Assembly: GCA_964621025.1 (NCBI GenBank)
Contig: CAZUKQ010000002.1
Location: 35,292 to 99,291 of the forward strand
DNA: 64,000 bases
Direction of reading: 5' to 3'
Origin: Candidatus Woesearchaeota archaeon
GTDB lineage: Archaea > Nanobdellota > Nanobdellia > Pacearchaeales > GW2011-AR1
The notes below the pieces were generated by a model. That model was not told the DNA's origin and made no database searches. It worked only from the letters and a program-made list of their open reading frames with translations. How positions within the stretch are numbered: position 1 is the stretch's first letter; each line of letters starts with the position of its first letter. Shown here piece by piece: positions 8,831 through 17,276 of this stretch. The translations under genes were made by a program, and so were the position numbers.

Positions 8831-9433
8831 ATGGTCGAAACAAAATTAAAAAAGATTGAAGAGTTCTTGTTTAAGATTGCTCTTGAAATTGCTAAGGATG
8901 GCGAAGGCGCTCTTTTTGTAATTGGAGATGATATAAAATATTCAAAGTTGATGAATCAAAGATTTGATGATTTTTCCGTGTTTTCAAAAGGAGCAAACAA
9001 AATTATTAAGAGTCTGGCGGTGATTGATGGTGCTGTGATTATCAGTAAAGAAGGAAATGTTGTGGATTATGGTGCGATGATTAAAGGTGCTAAACCTTTT
9101 GTAGGCTATGGAACAAGACATGCTGCGGCGATAACTGCGTCTAAGAATAACAACATTGCAATTTTATGTTCAGAAGAGGAAAGAAAAGTAAAAGTTTTCA
9201 AGAATGGGAAGTATGTTATGCAATTGGACTCGCTAGAAAAAAATATTCATCAAGATGTTTCACAGGCTGCCGGAATTTTGGAAAGTGTTGGCGTTGGAAC
9301 ATTGAGTACTATCGGTGTTGCAACTCTTGCTCCAACTTTAGGTTTCGCTTTAATTCCTGGAATTTTAGTTTTTGGTGGAAGTTATTATACTATTAAGAAA
9401 CTTTCAAAAATACATTTTAAGAAAAAGAAATAA
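8831..9433 (+). CDS. DisA_N (diadenylate cyclase, c-di-AMP synthase) domain protein with C-terminal TM segment
   Basis: GALFVIGDD, IDGAVIISKEGNVV and GYGTRHAAAITAS correspond to the DGA and RHR motifs of DAC domains. C-terminal hydrophobic stretch. Confidence 0.6.
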   Translation: MVETKLKKIEEFLFKIALEIAKDGEGALFVIGDDIKYSKLMNQRFDDFSVFSKGANKIIKSLAVIDGAVIISKEGNVVDYGAMIKGAKPFVGYGTRHAAAITASKNNNIAILCSEEERKVKVFKNGKYVMQLDSLEKNIHQDVSQAAGILESVGVGTLSTIGVATLAPTLGFALIPGILVFGGSYYTIKKLSKIHFKKKK

Positions 9434-9463
9434 GTTTATTAATTATCAATTTTAGAAGTTATT

Positions 9464-9940
9464 ATGAAGAAATTATTTTTGGTAATAACAATTTTGTTTT
9501 TTTCTCTTGCGGTTATGGCTAGTTTTGCTATTGGTTATATCCTTTCTATTAAAGGGCCGATTGAAAATGAAGACATAAACATTCCAGTTATTCAAATTAA
9601 TTATTCAAATATTGAGACTCAACTTTCACAGACTTATTTAGTTCAAGCTATTCCTTCAGAAGAAACTGCGTCTCTGAAATTTTATAATTTTGATTCCGGA
9701 GAAAGAACCATAGAAAAATCTTTTTTGATTAAACAAGGTTCTTTAATTGAAAGTGACGAAGCTGCAGAAGTTGTTTTATTTTTACATTCAAAATATATCT
9801 CAGAGTTGACTAATAAGAATTTTTGTGAAACTTTGAAGAAAGCTAATCAAAATGGAGATTTATTAATTGAAACAAATCTATCAGAAATTTATTTAGCTTG
9901 GAAATTTAAATCAATGTATGAGTTTAAAGACTGTTTCTAG
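9464..9940 (+). CDS. hypothetical secreted/membrane-anchored protein
   Basis: N-terminal signal/anchor sequence (LFLVITILFFSLAVMASFAIG). No recognisable motif. Confidence 0.35.
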   Translation: MKKLFLVITILFFSLAVMASFAIGYILSIKGPIENEDINIPVIQINYSNIETQLSQTYLVQAIPSEETASLKFYNFDSGERTIEKSFLIKQGSLIESDEAAEVVLFLHSKYISELTNKNFCETLKKANQNGDLLIETNLSEIYLAWKFKSMYEFKDCF

Positions 9941-10881
9941 TTATTCTTTAAAAAATCATAAGCTGACTTCGCGGCAACTGCACCTTCGCCTGCTGCTACA
10001 ATCATTTGCTTGAATTTGTTGTTTGTGTTGTCTCCGGCTGCGAAAACGCCGTCGACGTTTGTTTTCATTTGTTTATCAGTTTTAATATACATCTGGTCCA
10101 TTTCAAGAGCTAGAGCTTTTGTAAGTTCTGTCATAGGTGTTGAGCCGATTTCAATGAAGATTCCATTTATGTCAATTGTTTTCTCTACTTCTTTTTCACC
10201 AACTGTTTGAGTGTACTTTAGAGATTTTACAAATTTGTCTCCGATTATTTCTGTTGGAATTGATTGATAGATTATTTCTACGTTTTCTTTTTCACATAAT
10301 TTTTTCAGAGAGATTGGTTCGCATCGCATTTCGTGTTTTCTGTAGAGAATGTAAACTTTTTTTGTGATTTCAGATAAATACAAAGCAGCTTTAGCTGCAG
10401 AGTCTGCTCCACCAACTACAGCAACAGTTTTATTTTTGAAGAACATTCCGTCGCAAGTTGCACAGTATGAAACTCCTTTCCCTAAAAATTCTTTTTCTCC
10501 GGGAACATTTAGTTTTCTGTTTTCAGTTCCCAGGGCAAGAATAATTGTTTTTGCAGAGATTTCTTTTTCTTCAATTAGAATTTTAAATCCTTCTTTTGTT
10601 TTTTCTACGCTTTTCATATCGGCTTCTATGAAGTTTGTTCCAAAACTTTCTGCTTGTTCTTTCATTTTAGCCATTAATTCTGCTCCAGAACCTAGAAATC
10701 CTGGCCAGTTTTCTATATGCCCTGCAAGATTTGCAGTTCCTCCGAAGGATTTAGCAACTATAAGTACGCTTAAATGATATCTAGAGGCGTAGATTGCTGC
10801 AGTTAGGCCTGCCGGACCGCCACCTAAGATAACTAAGTCGTAACTTTCAGTTTTAGAAGTTTTAGTTTCACCTTTTGCCAT
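9937..10881 (-). CDS. trxB: thioredoxin-disulfide reductase
   Basis: FAD-binding motif LVILGGGPAGLTAA, redox-active CATC pair (SYCATCDG) and a second GxGxxA NAD(P)H site (AVVGGADSAA). Confidence 0.85.
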   Translation of the reverse strand: MAKGETKTSKTESYDLVILGGGPAGLTAAIYASRYHLSVLIVAKSFGGTANLAGHIENWPGFLGSGAELMAKMKEQAESFGTNFIEADMKSVEKTKEGFKILIEEKEISAKTIILALGTENRKLNVPGEKEFLGKGVSYCATCDGMFFKNKTVAVVGGADSAAKAALYLSEITKKVYILYRKHEMRCEPISLKKLCEKENVEIIYQSIPTEIIGDKFVKSLKYTQTVGEKEVEKTIDINGIFIEIGSTPMTELTKALALEMDQMYIKTDKQMKTNVDGVFAAGDNTNNKFKQMIVAAGEGAVAAKSAYDFLKNN

Positions 10882-10939
10882 ATTCTTAATTATCGTTTTG
10901 GCTTTTTATAGTTTTGTTAACGGCGATAACAGGCGAAGA

Positions 10940-10952
10940 TTTATATATATTT
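10940..10952 (+). promoter_or_regulatory. archaeal TATA box (TTTATATATATTT) upstream of a leaderless tyrS
   Basis: A/T TATA-like element about 17-29 nt upstream of the tyrS ATG, implying a leaderless or near-leaderless transcript. Confidence 0.4.
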
Positions 10953-10968
10953 GAAAGTAGATATAGTT

Positions 10969-12102
10969 ATGACACCAGAAGAGAAATTTGAGTTGATAAA
11001 AAGAAATACTGAAGAGATAATTGGCGAAGATGAGTTAAAGGAATTGTTGAAAAATAAAGAAAAACTTAAGCATTACATTGGTTTTGAAATTTCCGGTAAG
11101 CCCCATCTAGGTCATGGTTTAGTTTGTATGTCAAAGGTTAAAGATTTGCATGATGCAGGTGTTGAGACTTCAATATTCTTAGCAGATTATCATTCATGGA
11201 TTAATAACAAATTAGGAGGAGATATGAAAGTTATTCAAGAAGTCGGAGTTCCTTTTTTCAAAGAAGCTATGATTGCTGCATACAAGTGTGTTGGAGGAGA
11301 TGTTAAAGATTTAAAATTTGTCTTGGGTAGTGAGTTATATCATAATAATGATAAGTTCTGGCGGACGGTAATAGACGTTTCTAAAAATACGACTTTAGCA
11401 AGAATGCAGAGAAGTATAACTATCGCTGGAAGAAAAGAAGGCGAAAGCGTTAATTTTGCAATTATGCTTTACCCAGCAATGCAAGTTGCAGATATATTTG
11501 AACAGGGAATAAATATTACTCATGCAGGAAATGACCAGAGAAAGGCACAAGTGATTGCAAGAGAAGTTGCTCTTAGTATGAAGTATTCTCCTTTATTAAA
11601 CAAGAAAAAAGAAAAAATAAAACCTGTCGCGGTTCATGGACATTTAATTTTAGGTTTACAAAAACCTTCCGTTTGGCCAGTTCCTAAAGAGAGTATGCAA
11701 GATTTATGGGCACAGATGAAAATGTCCAAATCTCTACCAAATTCTGCGATTTATATGACTGATAGCGAAGACGAAGTTAAGAAAAAAATTTCTAATGCTT
11801 TCTGTCCAGAAGGTGAAAAAGATTTCAATCCACTTTTAGACTGGGCGAAATATTTAGTATTTACTAACGATAAAGTGAAATTAGAAGTTAAGAGACCTGA
11901 GAAGTTTGGTGGAAATTTAACTTTCAATTCTTATGAAGAATTAGAAACCGCCTTTGTTGGAAAAAAATTGCATCCAATGGATTTGAAATCCGCGATGGCA
12001 GAAAAGATAAATGAAATTTTGAAACCTGCTAGAGAACATTTTGCACAAGCTCGTGTAAAAAAACTTAAAGAAGAAATGGATAAGTTACTGATAACAAGAT
12101 AA
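10969..12102 (+). CDS. tyrS: tyrosyl-tRNA synthetase (archaeal type)
   Basis: IKRNTEEIIGEDELKELL, YIGFEISGKPHLGH (HIGH), KMSKS and C-terminal RPEKFGGNLTFNSYEELE...LHPMDLK closely follow the Methanocaldococcus TyrRS pattern. The track start is a TTG at 10951. I prefer ATG 10969 (MTPEEKFELIKRNT). Confidence 0.9.
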   Translation: MTPEEKFELIKRNTEEIIGEDELKELLKNKEKLKHYIGFEISGKPHLGHGLVCMSKVKDLHDAGVETSIFLADYHSWINNKLGGDMKVIQEVGVPFFKEAMIAAYKCVGGDVKDLKFVLGSELYHNNDKFWRTVIDVSKNTTLARMQRSITIAGRKEGESVNFAIMLYPAMQVADIFEQGINITHAGNDQRKAQVIAREVALSMKYSPLLNKKKEKIKPVAVHGHLILGLQKPSVWPVPKESMQDLWAQMKMSKSLPNSAIYMTDSEDEVKKKISNAFCPEGEKDFNPLLDWAKYLVFTNDKVKLEVKRPEKFGGNLTFNSYEELETAFVGKKLHPMDLKSAMAEKINEILKPAREHFAQARVKKLKEEMDKLLITR

Positions 12103-12249
12103 TACAAAAATATATAAACTTCTTACTACTTAGTTATTCATGGTTGCACAAAGAGGAATCAGACATTCGTGGAATATTATGACTACCTTAGTGTGCGGTC
12201 CATCTAAGTTCTATTTTAGTTGCTAAACAACGACGATATTATTCAAAAA

Positions 12250-12648
12250 ATGAAAAAGGAATATAACGCCGTTGTCTCGGCAGAGGTTTTTAAAGCGAAT
12301 GATTGTTTAGGTTGCGGTCAGCCAATTACTCATCCAATTTGTCCTAGCTGTTTAGCTCGAGCATTGCAAGTTTGGTCAAGAGAACACAGACACATTGAGA
12401 AAGAAGTTTCTAAAAAGTTGAAAAGATTTTTGCAGTCACACGAACACTTAGATGAAGATGGTGCGAACTGTGCAGTCTGTGGAAAGAAGGCGAGTGTTTG
12501 CCCTTACTGTTTTACAGAATTCTTGTATAACTTAGTGAAAGAAGCAGGAGCAGGAGTAAAAACTCTTTCAGAGTTTTTGTTTATGTTCAATTTCGATTTC
12601 GAACAAGATGGTTATTCGCAAGAGTTGAATGCGATGGGAGGATACTAG
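12250..12648 (+). CDS. small Cys-rich Zn-ribbon protein, paralog A of an unassigned family
   Basis: CLGCGQPITHPICPSC ... CAVCGKKASVCPYCF. Colinear with the ORF at 37518..37868. Start taken as ATG 12250; the track start at 12220 is an alternative TTG. Confidence 0.5.
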   Translation: MKKEYNAVVSAEVFKANDCLGCGQPITHPICPSCLARALQVWSREHRHIEKEVSKKLKRFLQSHEHLDEDGANCAVCGKKASVCPYCFTEFLYNLVKEAGAGVKTLSEFLFMFNFDFEQDGYSQELNAMGGY

Positions 12649-12706
12649 TTTTTCTTCTTATTTGAAAAATTAATAAATTTATATACTGAAAAGAATAAGA
12701 AATTAC

Positions 12707-13192
12707 ATGAATATCCAACTATTCTTGCTAGGAATTATTTTAACAGTTGTTCCTTTGATTGAATTAAGGGGCGGCCTTCCATTAGTTATACTAGCGATTC
12801 AGGATTCAAGTCCTTTTTGGTTAATCGTAGCTTTTTTTTTGGTCACATTAATTAACATCCTTTTAATTTTCTTAATATTCTTATTCTTAGAAACATTACA
12901 TCATAAACTCTTAAAATGGCAGTTCTATAACAGAACCTTTGAAAAGTATTTATTAAGAGTACAAAAGAAATCTCACAAGCTTACAGAGAAAGAAGGTATT
13001 TGGGTTTTCTTCTCTTTATTTTTATTTGTTGCAATTCCCTTTCCGTTGACCGGGGCCTATACAGGAACAGTTATAGCGTGGTTCTTAGACTTAGATAGAA
13101 AGAAAAGTATCCTTGCTATTGCTCTAGGAGTTTTGGTTGCGGGAATAATAGTGTTCTTAGCAACTAATGGTGTGATTAGTTTATTTAATTAG
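12707..13192 (+). CDS. polytopic membrane protein (small-export/COG2426-like)
   Basis: 161 aa with four hydrophobic helices and a GGLPLVILAI motif. Confidence 0.45.
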   Translation: MNIQLFLLGIILTVVPLIELRGGLPLVILAIQDSSPFWLIVAFFLVTLINILLIFLIFLFLETLHHKLLKWQFYNRTFEKYLLRVQKKSHKLTEKEGIWVFFSLFLFVAIPFPLTGAYTGTVIAWFLDLDRKKSILAIALGVLVAGIIVFLATNGVISLFN

Positions 13193-13206
13193 TTTTTCTA
13201 CAGAGA

Positions 13207-13653
13207 TTATAAAAACAATAATTTTTTGCATTCATCTCTCATAAAATTTTGATAAAGTTCTAATTTAGGTGTTCCACTTTCTATTACTTTAGAACATCTT
13301 ATCTTAACTCTCTGAGGACATTTTTCTGTTTCGTCTTCCATACTTGCACCGTAGATAATTCCTTTCATTCTTGCCCAAATCGCTGCAGAAGTACACATGG
13401 GGCAAGGTTCAAAAGTAGAATAAAGATAGCAGTTTTCTAAAACTTTTGAGTTTAATTTTTTTGCTGCAAGTTTTATTGCGTTTATTTCTGCATGACATGT
13501 AGGGTCTTGGTCTCTGTTAATTGTTGTGAAAGCTTCAGAAATAATTTCATCATCTTTTACAATTATTGCCGCTACTGCGTGGCCGCCTTCTTTATGTTTT
13601 TCTTTTGCAAGGTCTATAATCCTTTGCATAATTTTTTTATTAGGGTGTTTCAT
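13207..13653 (-). CDS. CMP/dCMP-type nucleoside deaminase (TadA/guanine-deaminase-like)
   Basis: Zinc-binding signature HAEINAI ... PCPMC (H-A-E / PC..C). Confidence 0.8.
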   Translation of the reverse strand: MKHPNKKIMQRIIDLAKEKHKEGGHAVAAIIVKDDEIISEAFTTINRDQDPTCHAEINAIKLAAKKLNSKVLENCYLYSTFEPCPMCTSAAIWARMKGIIYGASMEDETEKCPQRVKIRCSKVIESGTPKLELYQNFMRDECKKLLFL

Positions 13654-13730
13654 ATTAGAACTTACTGAGACTTATTTATATAGTTTGTTAAAGGAGTAAA
13701 CCTTATAATCTTCTTTTTTCTTTTTATCAT

Positions 13731-14234
13731 ATGGTTGAGAAGGTTGTTTGGGAATTTACAAATCAGCGAAAGCTGAACAAGAAAGAATTTCTTAATTATG
13801 TTGAGAGAAAAGTTTTTAGAACGATAAGAAAATATTCCATGTTGCCAGAGAGTAGAAAGATTGTTTTGAAGAAGTCTGATGATTCGAACACAGTTTTTTT
13901 GAAACATATTCTTGAGCAAAAGTTTCCAGTTTCATTCTCGGCAAAATCTCAGTTCTCCAGTAATAATTTGTCAGATATTTCAGAGGAGATTTTCAATAAT
14001 CTTTTGAATGGAAAATTCGAAGGTCCTCAGAACACTAAAAAGGAATTTTTCCCTTTGTATGATATTTCAGATAAAGAGATTGAGGTTTATGCTTCTCTAG
14101 TTGGTTTGAAGGGGAAAAAAGTTAAGAGAGACGAAAGAATTCAAGAGCTGTTCGAGAGATTTATGAAGAAGAATCCTGATTTAGAACATAACATTGTCAA
14201 CGCGATGGAACAGATTAATGAGGTAAATAAATGA
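13731..14234 (+). CDS. degenerate PP-loop ATPase-like (TilS/TtcA N-domain-like) protein
   Basis: KIVLKKSDDSNTVFL sits where SGGKDS is expected, and FPLYDISDKEIEVYASLVGLKG resembles the R-P-L...kei..ya motif of PP-loop enzymes. The P-loop glycines are replaced. Confidence 0.35.
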   Translation: MVEKVVWEFTNQRKLNKKEFLNYVERKVFRTIRKYSMLPESRKIVLKKSDDSNTVFLKHILEQKFPVSFSAKSQFSSNNLSDISEEIFNNLLNGKFEGPQNTKKEFFPLYDISDKEIEVYASLVGLKGKKVKRDERIQELFERFMKKNPDLEHNIVNAMEQINEVNK

Positions 14235-14602
14235 AGAAATATCGAATTTTAATGAATGATGTGCAGTTTGATGAAACTAAAAAATACTTTGATTTTTATC
14301 TTTTGAAAGGCCAGCCACAATTAGTTGAAATCGAATTAGAAGGAACGCTTGAAAAATTGACGAAAGGAGAATTGGCTGTAGATTCTGATTTTAAAGATTA
14401 TTTAATGTATTTATCTAGATGGACTGTAGAAGCGCCAAGAAAAAAGGGTTTACGTAAGATGCGATTAGAAGGAATCCAGGTATTAACCAGCGAGGTTTTA
14501 TTCGATGAAGAAGAGACTGGAGAGGAAATTATTAATAATCTAGAAAACACTGGAAAATTTGCAGAATATTTTTTGGAAGAAGTTTATGGGACTAAGAACT
14601 AG
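14231..14602 (+). CDS. hypothetical protein
   Basis: 123-aa ORF overlapping the upstream gene by 4 nt, suggesting operonic coupling. No recognisable motif. Confidence 0.35.
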   Translation: MKKYRILMNDVQFDETKKYFDFYLLKGQPQLVEIELEGTLEKLTKGELAVDSDFKDYLMYLSRWTVEAPRKKGLRKMRLEGIQVLTSEVLFDEEETGEEIINNLENTGKFAEYFLEEVYGTKN

Positions 14603-15246
14603 TTAACCTTATTCAACTTCTCAACAATTCGTTTTAGGTCTTTGAAATCTTTTATGATAAAGTCTGGTTTTTCTTTCATAATTGTTGCTTTTGTGGACCA
14701 AGCACATTGATTATGAATTGCAACTGCATAACAGCCGGCTTCTCGAGCGTAATCAACGTCGGAAAATCTGTCACCTATATACATTGCTTCTACTGGACGA
14801 ATTTTCATCTTTTTGAATAACTCCTCTAACAATTTATCTTTTGTGGTGAATTTTTCAGCGCCGTAAATTTTGTTAAACAATTTTTTTATTCCAAGAGCCT
14901 TGACAGAGGCTTTTATAAATGATGAATGAGAGTTTGATATTATCATTAACTTAATTCTTTCTTTTTTTAATTCTTTTAAAGGTTCAACAGAAACACATAG
15001 ACTTAGTTTTTCTTGCTTTGCGCCTTTGATTACTCTTCTGTAGAAAACTTTGTTTATTTTCTTTGAATCGGCATGAATATTTAGGCCTTTCAAAATATCT
15101 TTTGTTTTAACTCCCATTAGCTGTTTGAATTTTTTATCTTCAAATTTATAGCCAAGTTCTTTCAGAACAGAGTACATTGTTTCAAAAGTTAGTTTTCTAG
15201 CGTCAGAGATAGTTCCATCAAAATCAAACAGAAGAGTTTTAATCAT
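14599..15246 (-). CDS. HAD-superfamily hydrolase (phosphatase)
   Basis: Motif I LLFDFDGTISD (DxDGT), plus a later S/T motif and a terminal GD..SD. Confidence 0.8.
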   Translation of the reverse strand: MIKTLLFDFDGTISDARKLTFETMYSVLKELGYKFEDKKFKQLMGVKTKDILKGLNIHADSKKINKVFYRRVIKGAKQEKLSLCVSVEPLKELKKERIKLMIISNSHSSFIKASVKALGIKKLFNKIYGAEKFTTKDKLLEELFKKMKIRPVEAMYIGDRFSDVDYAREAGCYAVAIHNQCAWSTKATIMKEKPDFIIKDFKDLKRIVEKLNKVN

Positions 15247-15247
15247 T

Positions 15248-17230
15248 TTAGTCGTGACCCATTCTGTTTAGTAGGTCTTGTAGTTTGTCTTTGTTAGCTT
15301 CTTTATCTGTTACGTGTGTTACGGAGAATACTCCTGTCTTTCCAACAGCAGGCATTTTTTCCCCTCTTAAATCTCTTAGCATTTTGTTTCTTATGCTATC
15401 TGAAACTAATAGTTTAGCGTCTGCTGAATCTGCGATTTTCTTAGCTAAGATAACTGTGCTACCTAAACTAGTATACTGTAACTTTCCTGTTTTTGTTGAT
15501 ATTACTAATTCACCGCTGTTGATACCAATACTGTAGTCTAATTTTTGCTTGAATCTTTTATTATATTCATTAAGAGCAGTCATCAAGCCAAAACCCGTCT
15601 TTGTTGCAGCCATTTCATTATTATAGCTCTTTGTTACACTAGGTGTGAAAATAATCATTAAATAATCTTCTTTCTTTTCAATCATGCCTTTCTTGTCTTT
15701 AGCTAATTCTAAAATTTTTACTAGTTCCTCTTTAGCATGTATTCCTAGTGTTGACATATCTTTTATTTTTAATGCTAGAACTGAAGCAAGTTCTTTCTTT
15801 CCGTCCATGACTAATGAAGATTCCGCGTTGCCTTTTTTGTGGATTTCTTGTTTTGGCTCTACAAATTGTTCTGGTTTAACTTTTTCTTTTCTTGTTGGCA
15901 TCTTAAAAAATTTTCTGAAGGAAAATTTTTCTTTAATTCGGTGAGAGTTATTTGTTTTTTTGTATAAAACAAATGCAGTGCTTCCAAGTAACAATATTAA
16001 GAAAACCCAGATTAGAGGATATTTATTTAGTAAACCTATTGAGGAGGAATCTCTAACAGAGATTGCATCACCAGTTAACAGAAGGTTTTTCTGAACAGAA
16101 TCTGCACCGCTTTGAACATCCACATCATAATTTCCGTTTGGAGCATTTAAATTAAACTTTCTTACCTCGCCAACTGCAATACTCAAGTTGAATCTTTCTG
16201 TTTTATCTCCGATTTTAACTGCAATTGACTGATTGTATTTTGTGTTTCCAATGTTTGTTATTGTTAGTAGAGAACCAGAAAGATCTAAAGAAACCTTTTG
16301 TATTTCTTTAACTGCAAATTCTTTTGCCGTGATAATTTCTCCAAATGAAGCAGTAATTTGATATATTCCGGGTGTAGAATTTGTAAGGAAGTTTATGGAT
16401 GCTGTTTCTCCAGATTTAACTGACATCTTGGTTTCTTCTTCTGTTGGTGAAAGGATTGCTACATCAATTGTTCCGTCCATTTTCTTTCCAGCCTGGTCTA
16501 ATAGTTCTAAGGAGAATTTGTAATCTTGACTTGGTGTAGCCTCTAGTTCTGATAAACTTAATTCAACAAAAGTAGGAATCTGATTAACAGCTAATTTTAA
16601 AGTTTTATTATCGCTGTTTAGTATTTTTCCGTTAATTTTATCATAAACAAGAACGTTTAATTCGTAAACGCCAGCTTCTTGTTTTTCACTTACTGTAAAT
16701 TTTTCTATTACTTCTCCAGCAACGATTGCTTTTGTGATTGATGCAATCCCCCTCGTTTCTAAAAATCCTTCTAAAGGTTTTCCATTTTCTTTTATTGCAC
16801 TTATTGTTAAAGTTACAATCTCATTAGGGTTATATCTGTCTTTGTCTAACTTTGCGTCCAAATTAACTTTGTTTGATACTCTGAAAGTTTGTGTAGAAGT
16901 TTCTTCGCTGTTTATTGCAGTTTTTATCTTACAGTCTCCTGTAATGTTTCCAATATAATCTTCTGTTAAGGGTAATTTTAAAGTTCTAATTTGTTCTTCT
17001 GTTGGATAGAAACTTTTACCCATTATTTTTTCTATTGTGATTGTTTGGCTTCCGCAAATTAAATCAACAGTGAACCATCCATCGTTAGAGTTTGGTGCTA
17101 AGGTAATAGTTAGTGGAACACTATCTCCTAAATTGTAGACTGAAAGAGGTTCACTTATTGAAATTTTTGCAGAAACAAGACAGACTAGGAAGAAAAATGC
17201 TAGAACGTTCATCACCAACTTTTTTACCAT
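15248..17230 (-). CDS. receptor-like membrane protein: signal peptide, ~400-aa extracellular beta-rich region, single TM, cytoplasmic class-III nucleotidyl-cyclase-homology (CHD)-like domain with substituted catalytic residues
   Basis: N-terminal signal peptide and a TM helix (YPLIWVFLILLLGSTAFVLY). C-terminus (ASVLALKIKDMSTL ... EDYLMIIF ... DYSIGINSGELVISTKTG...YTSLGSTVILAKKIADSA...LLVSDSI) parallels the cyclase motifs FaDivGFT / GDaym / RIGIHtG.vvaG / GdtVN.AsR, but with K at the first metal-binding Asp position, I for the Asn and K for the Arg. Confidence 0.5.
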   Translation of the reverse strand: MVKKLVMNVLAFFFLVCLVSAKISISEPLSVYNLGDSVPLTITLAPNSNDGWFTVDLICGSQTITIEKIMGKSFYPTEEQIRTLKLPLTEDYIGNITGDCKIKTAINSEETSTQTFRVSNKVNLDAKLDKDRYNPNEIVTLTISAIKENGKPLEGFLETRGIASITKAIVAGEVIEKFTVSEKQEAGVYELNVLVYDKINGKILNSDNKTLKLAVNQIPTFVELSLSELEATPSQDYKFSLELLDQAGKKMDGTIDVAILSPTEEETKMSVKSGETASINFLTNSTPGIYQITASFGEIITAKEFAVKEIQKVSLDLSGSLLTITNIGNTKYNQSIAVKIGDKTERFNLSIAVGEVRKFNLNAPNGNYDVDVQSGADSVQKNLLLTGDAISVRDSSSIGLLNKYPLIWVFLILLLGSTAFVLYKKTNNSHRIKEKFSFRKFFKMPTRKEKVKPEQFVEPKQEIHKKGNAESSLVMDGKKELASVLALKIKDMSTLGIHAKEELVKILELAKDKKGMIEKKEDYLMIIFTPSVTKSYNNEMAATKTGFGLMTALNEYNKRFKQKLDYSIGINSGELVISTKTGKLQYTSLGSTVILAKKIADSADAKLLVSDSIRNKMLRDLRGEKMPAVGKTGVFSVTHVTDKEANKDKLQDLLNRMGHD

Positions 17231-17276
17231 AGTTCTTTTATAGAAGCTAACTATTTAAAGATTTTTATAATAGAAT

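Noticed and set aside
10010-10777. Three + strand ORFs (10010, 10176, 10364) inside trxB
   Set aside because: They are antisense to a well-supported thioredoxin reductase gene. No motifs.
12103-12249. Possible structured ncRNA in the tyrS to Zn-ribbon intergenic region (ATGG...CCAT outer stem, TGCACA/TGTGCG inner stem)
   Set aside because: No C/D or H/ACA box consensus on either strand. The stem is too weak to call without covariance evidence.
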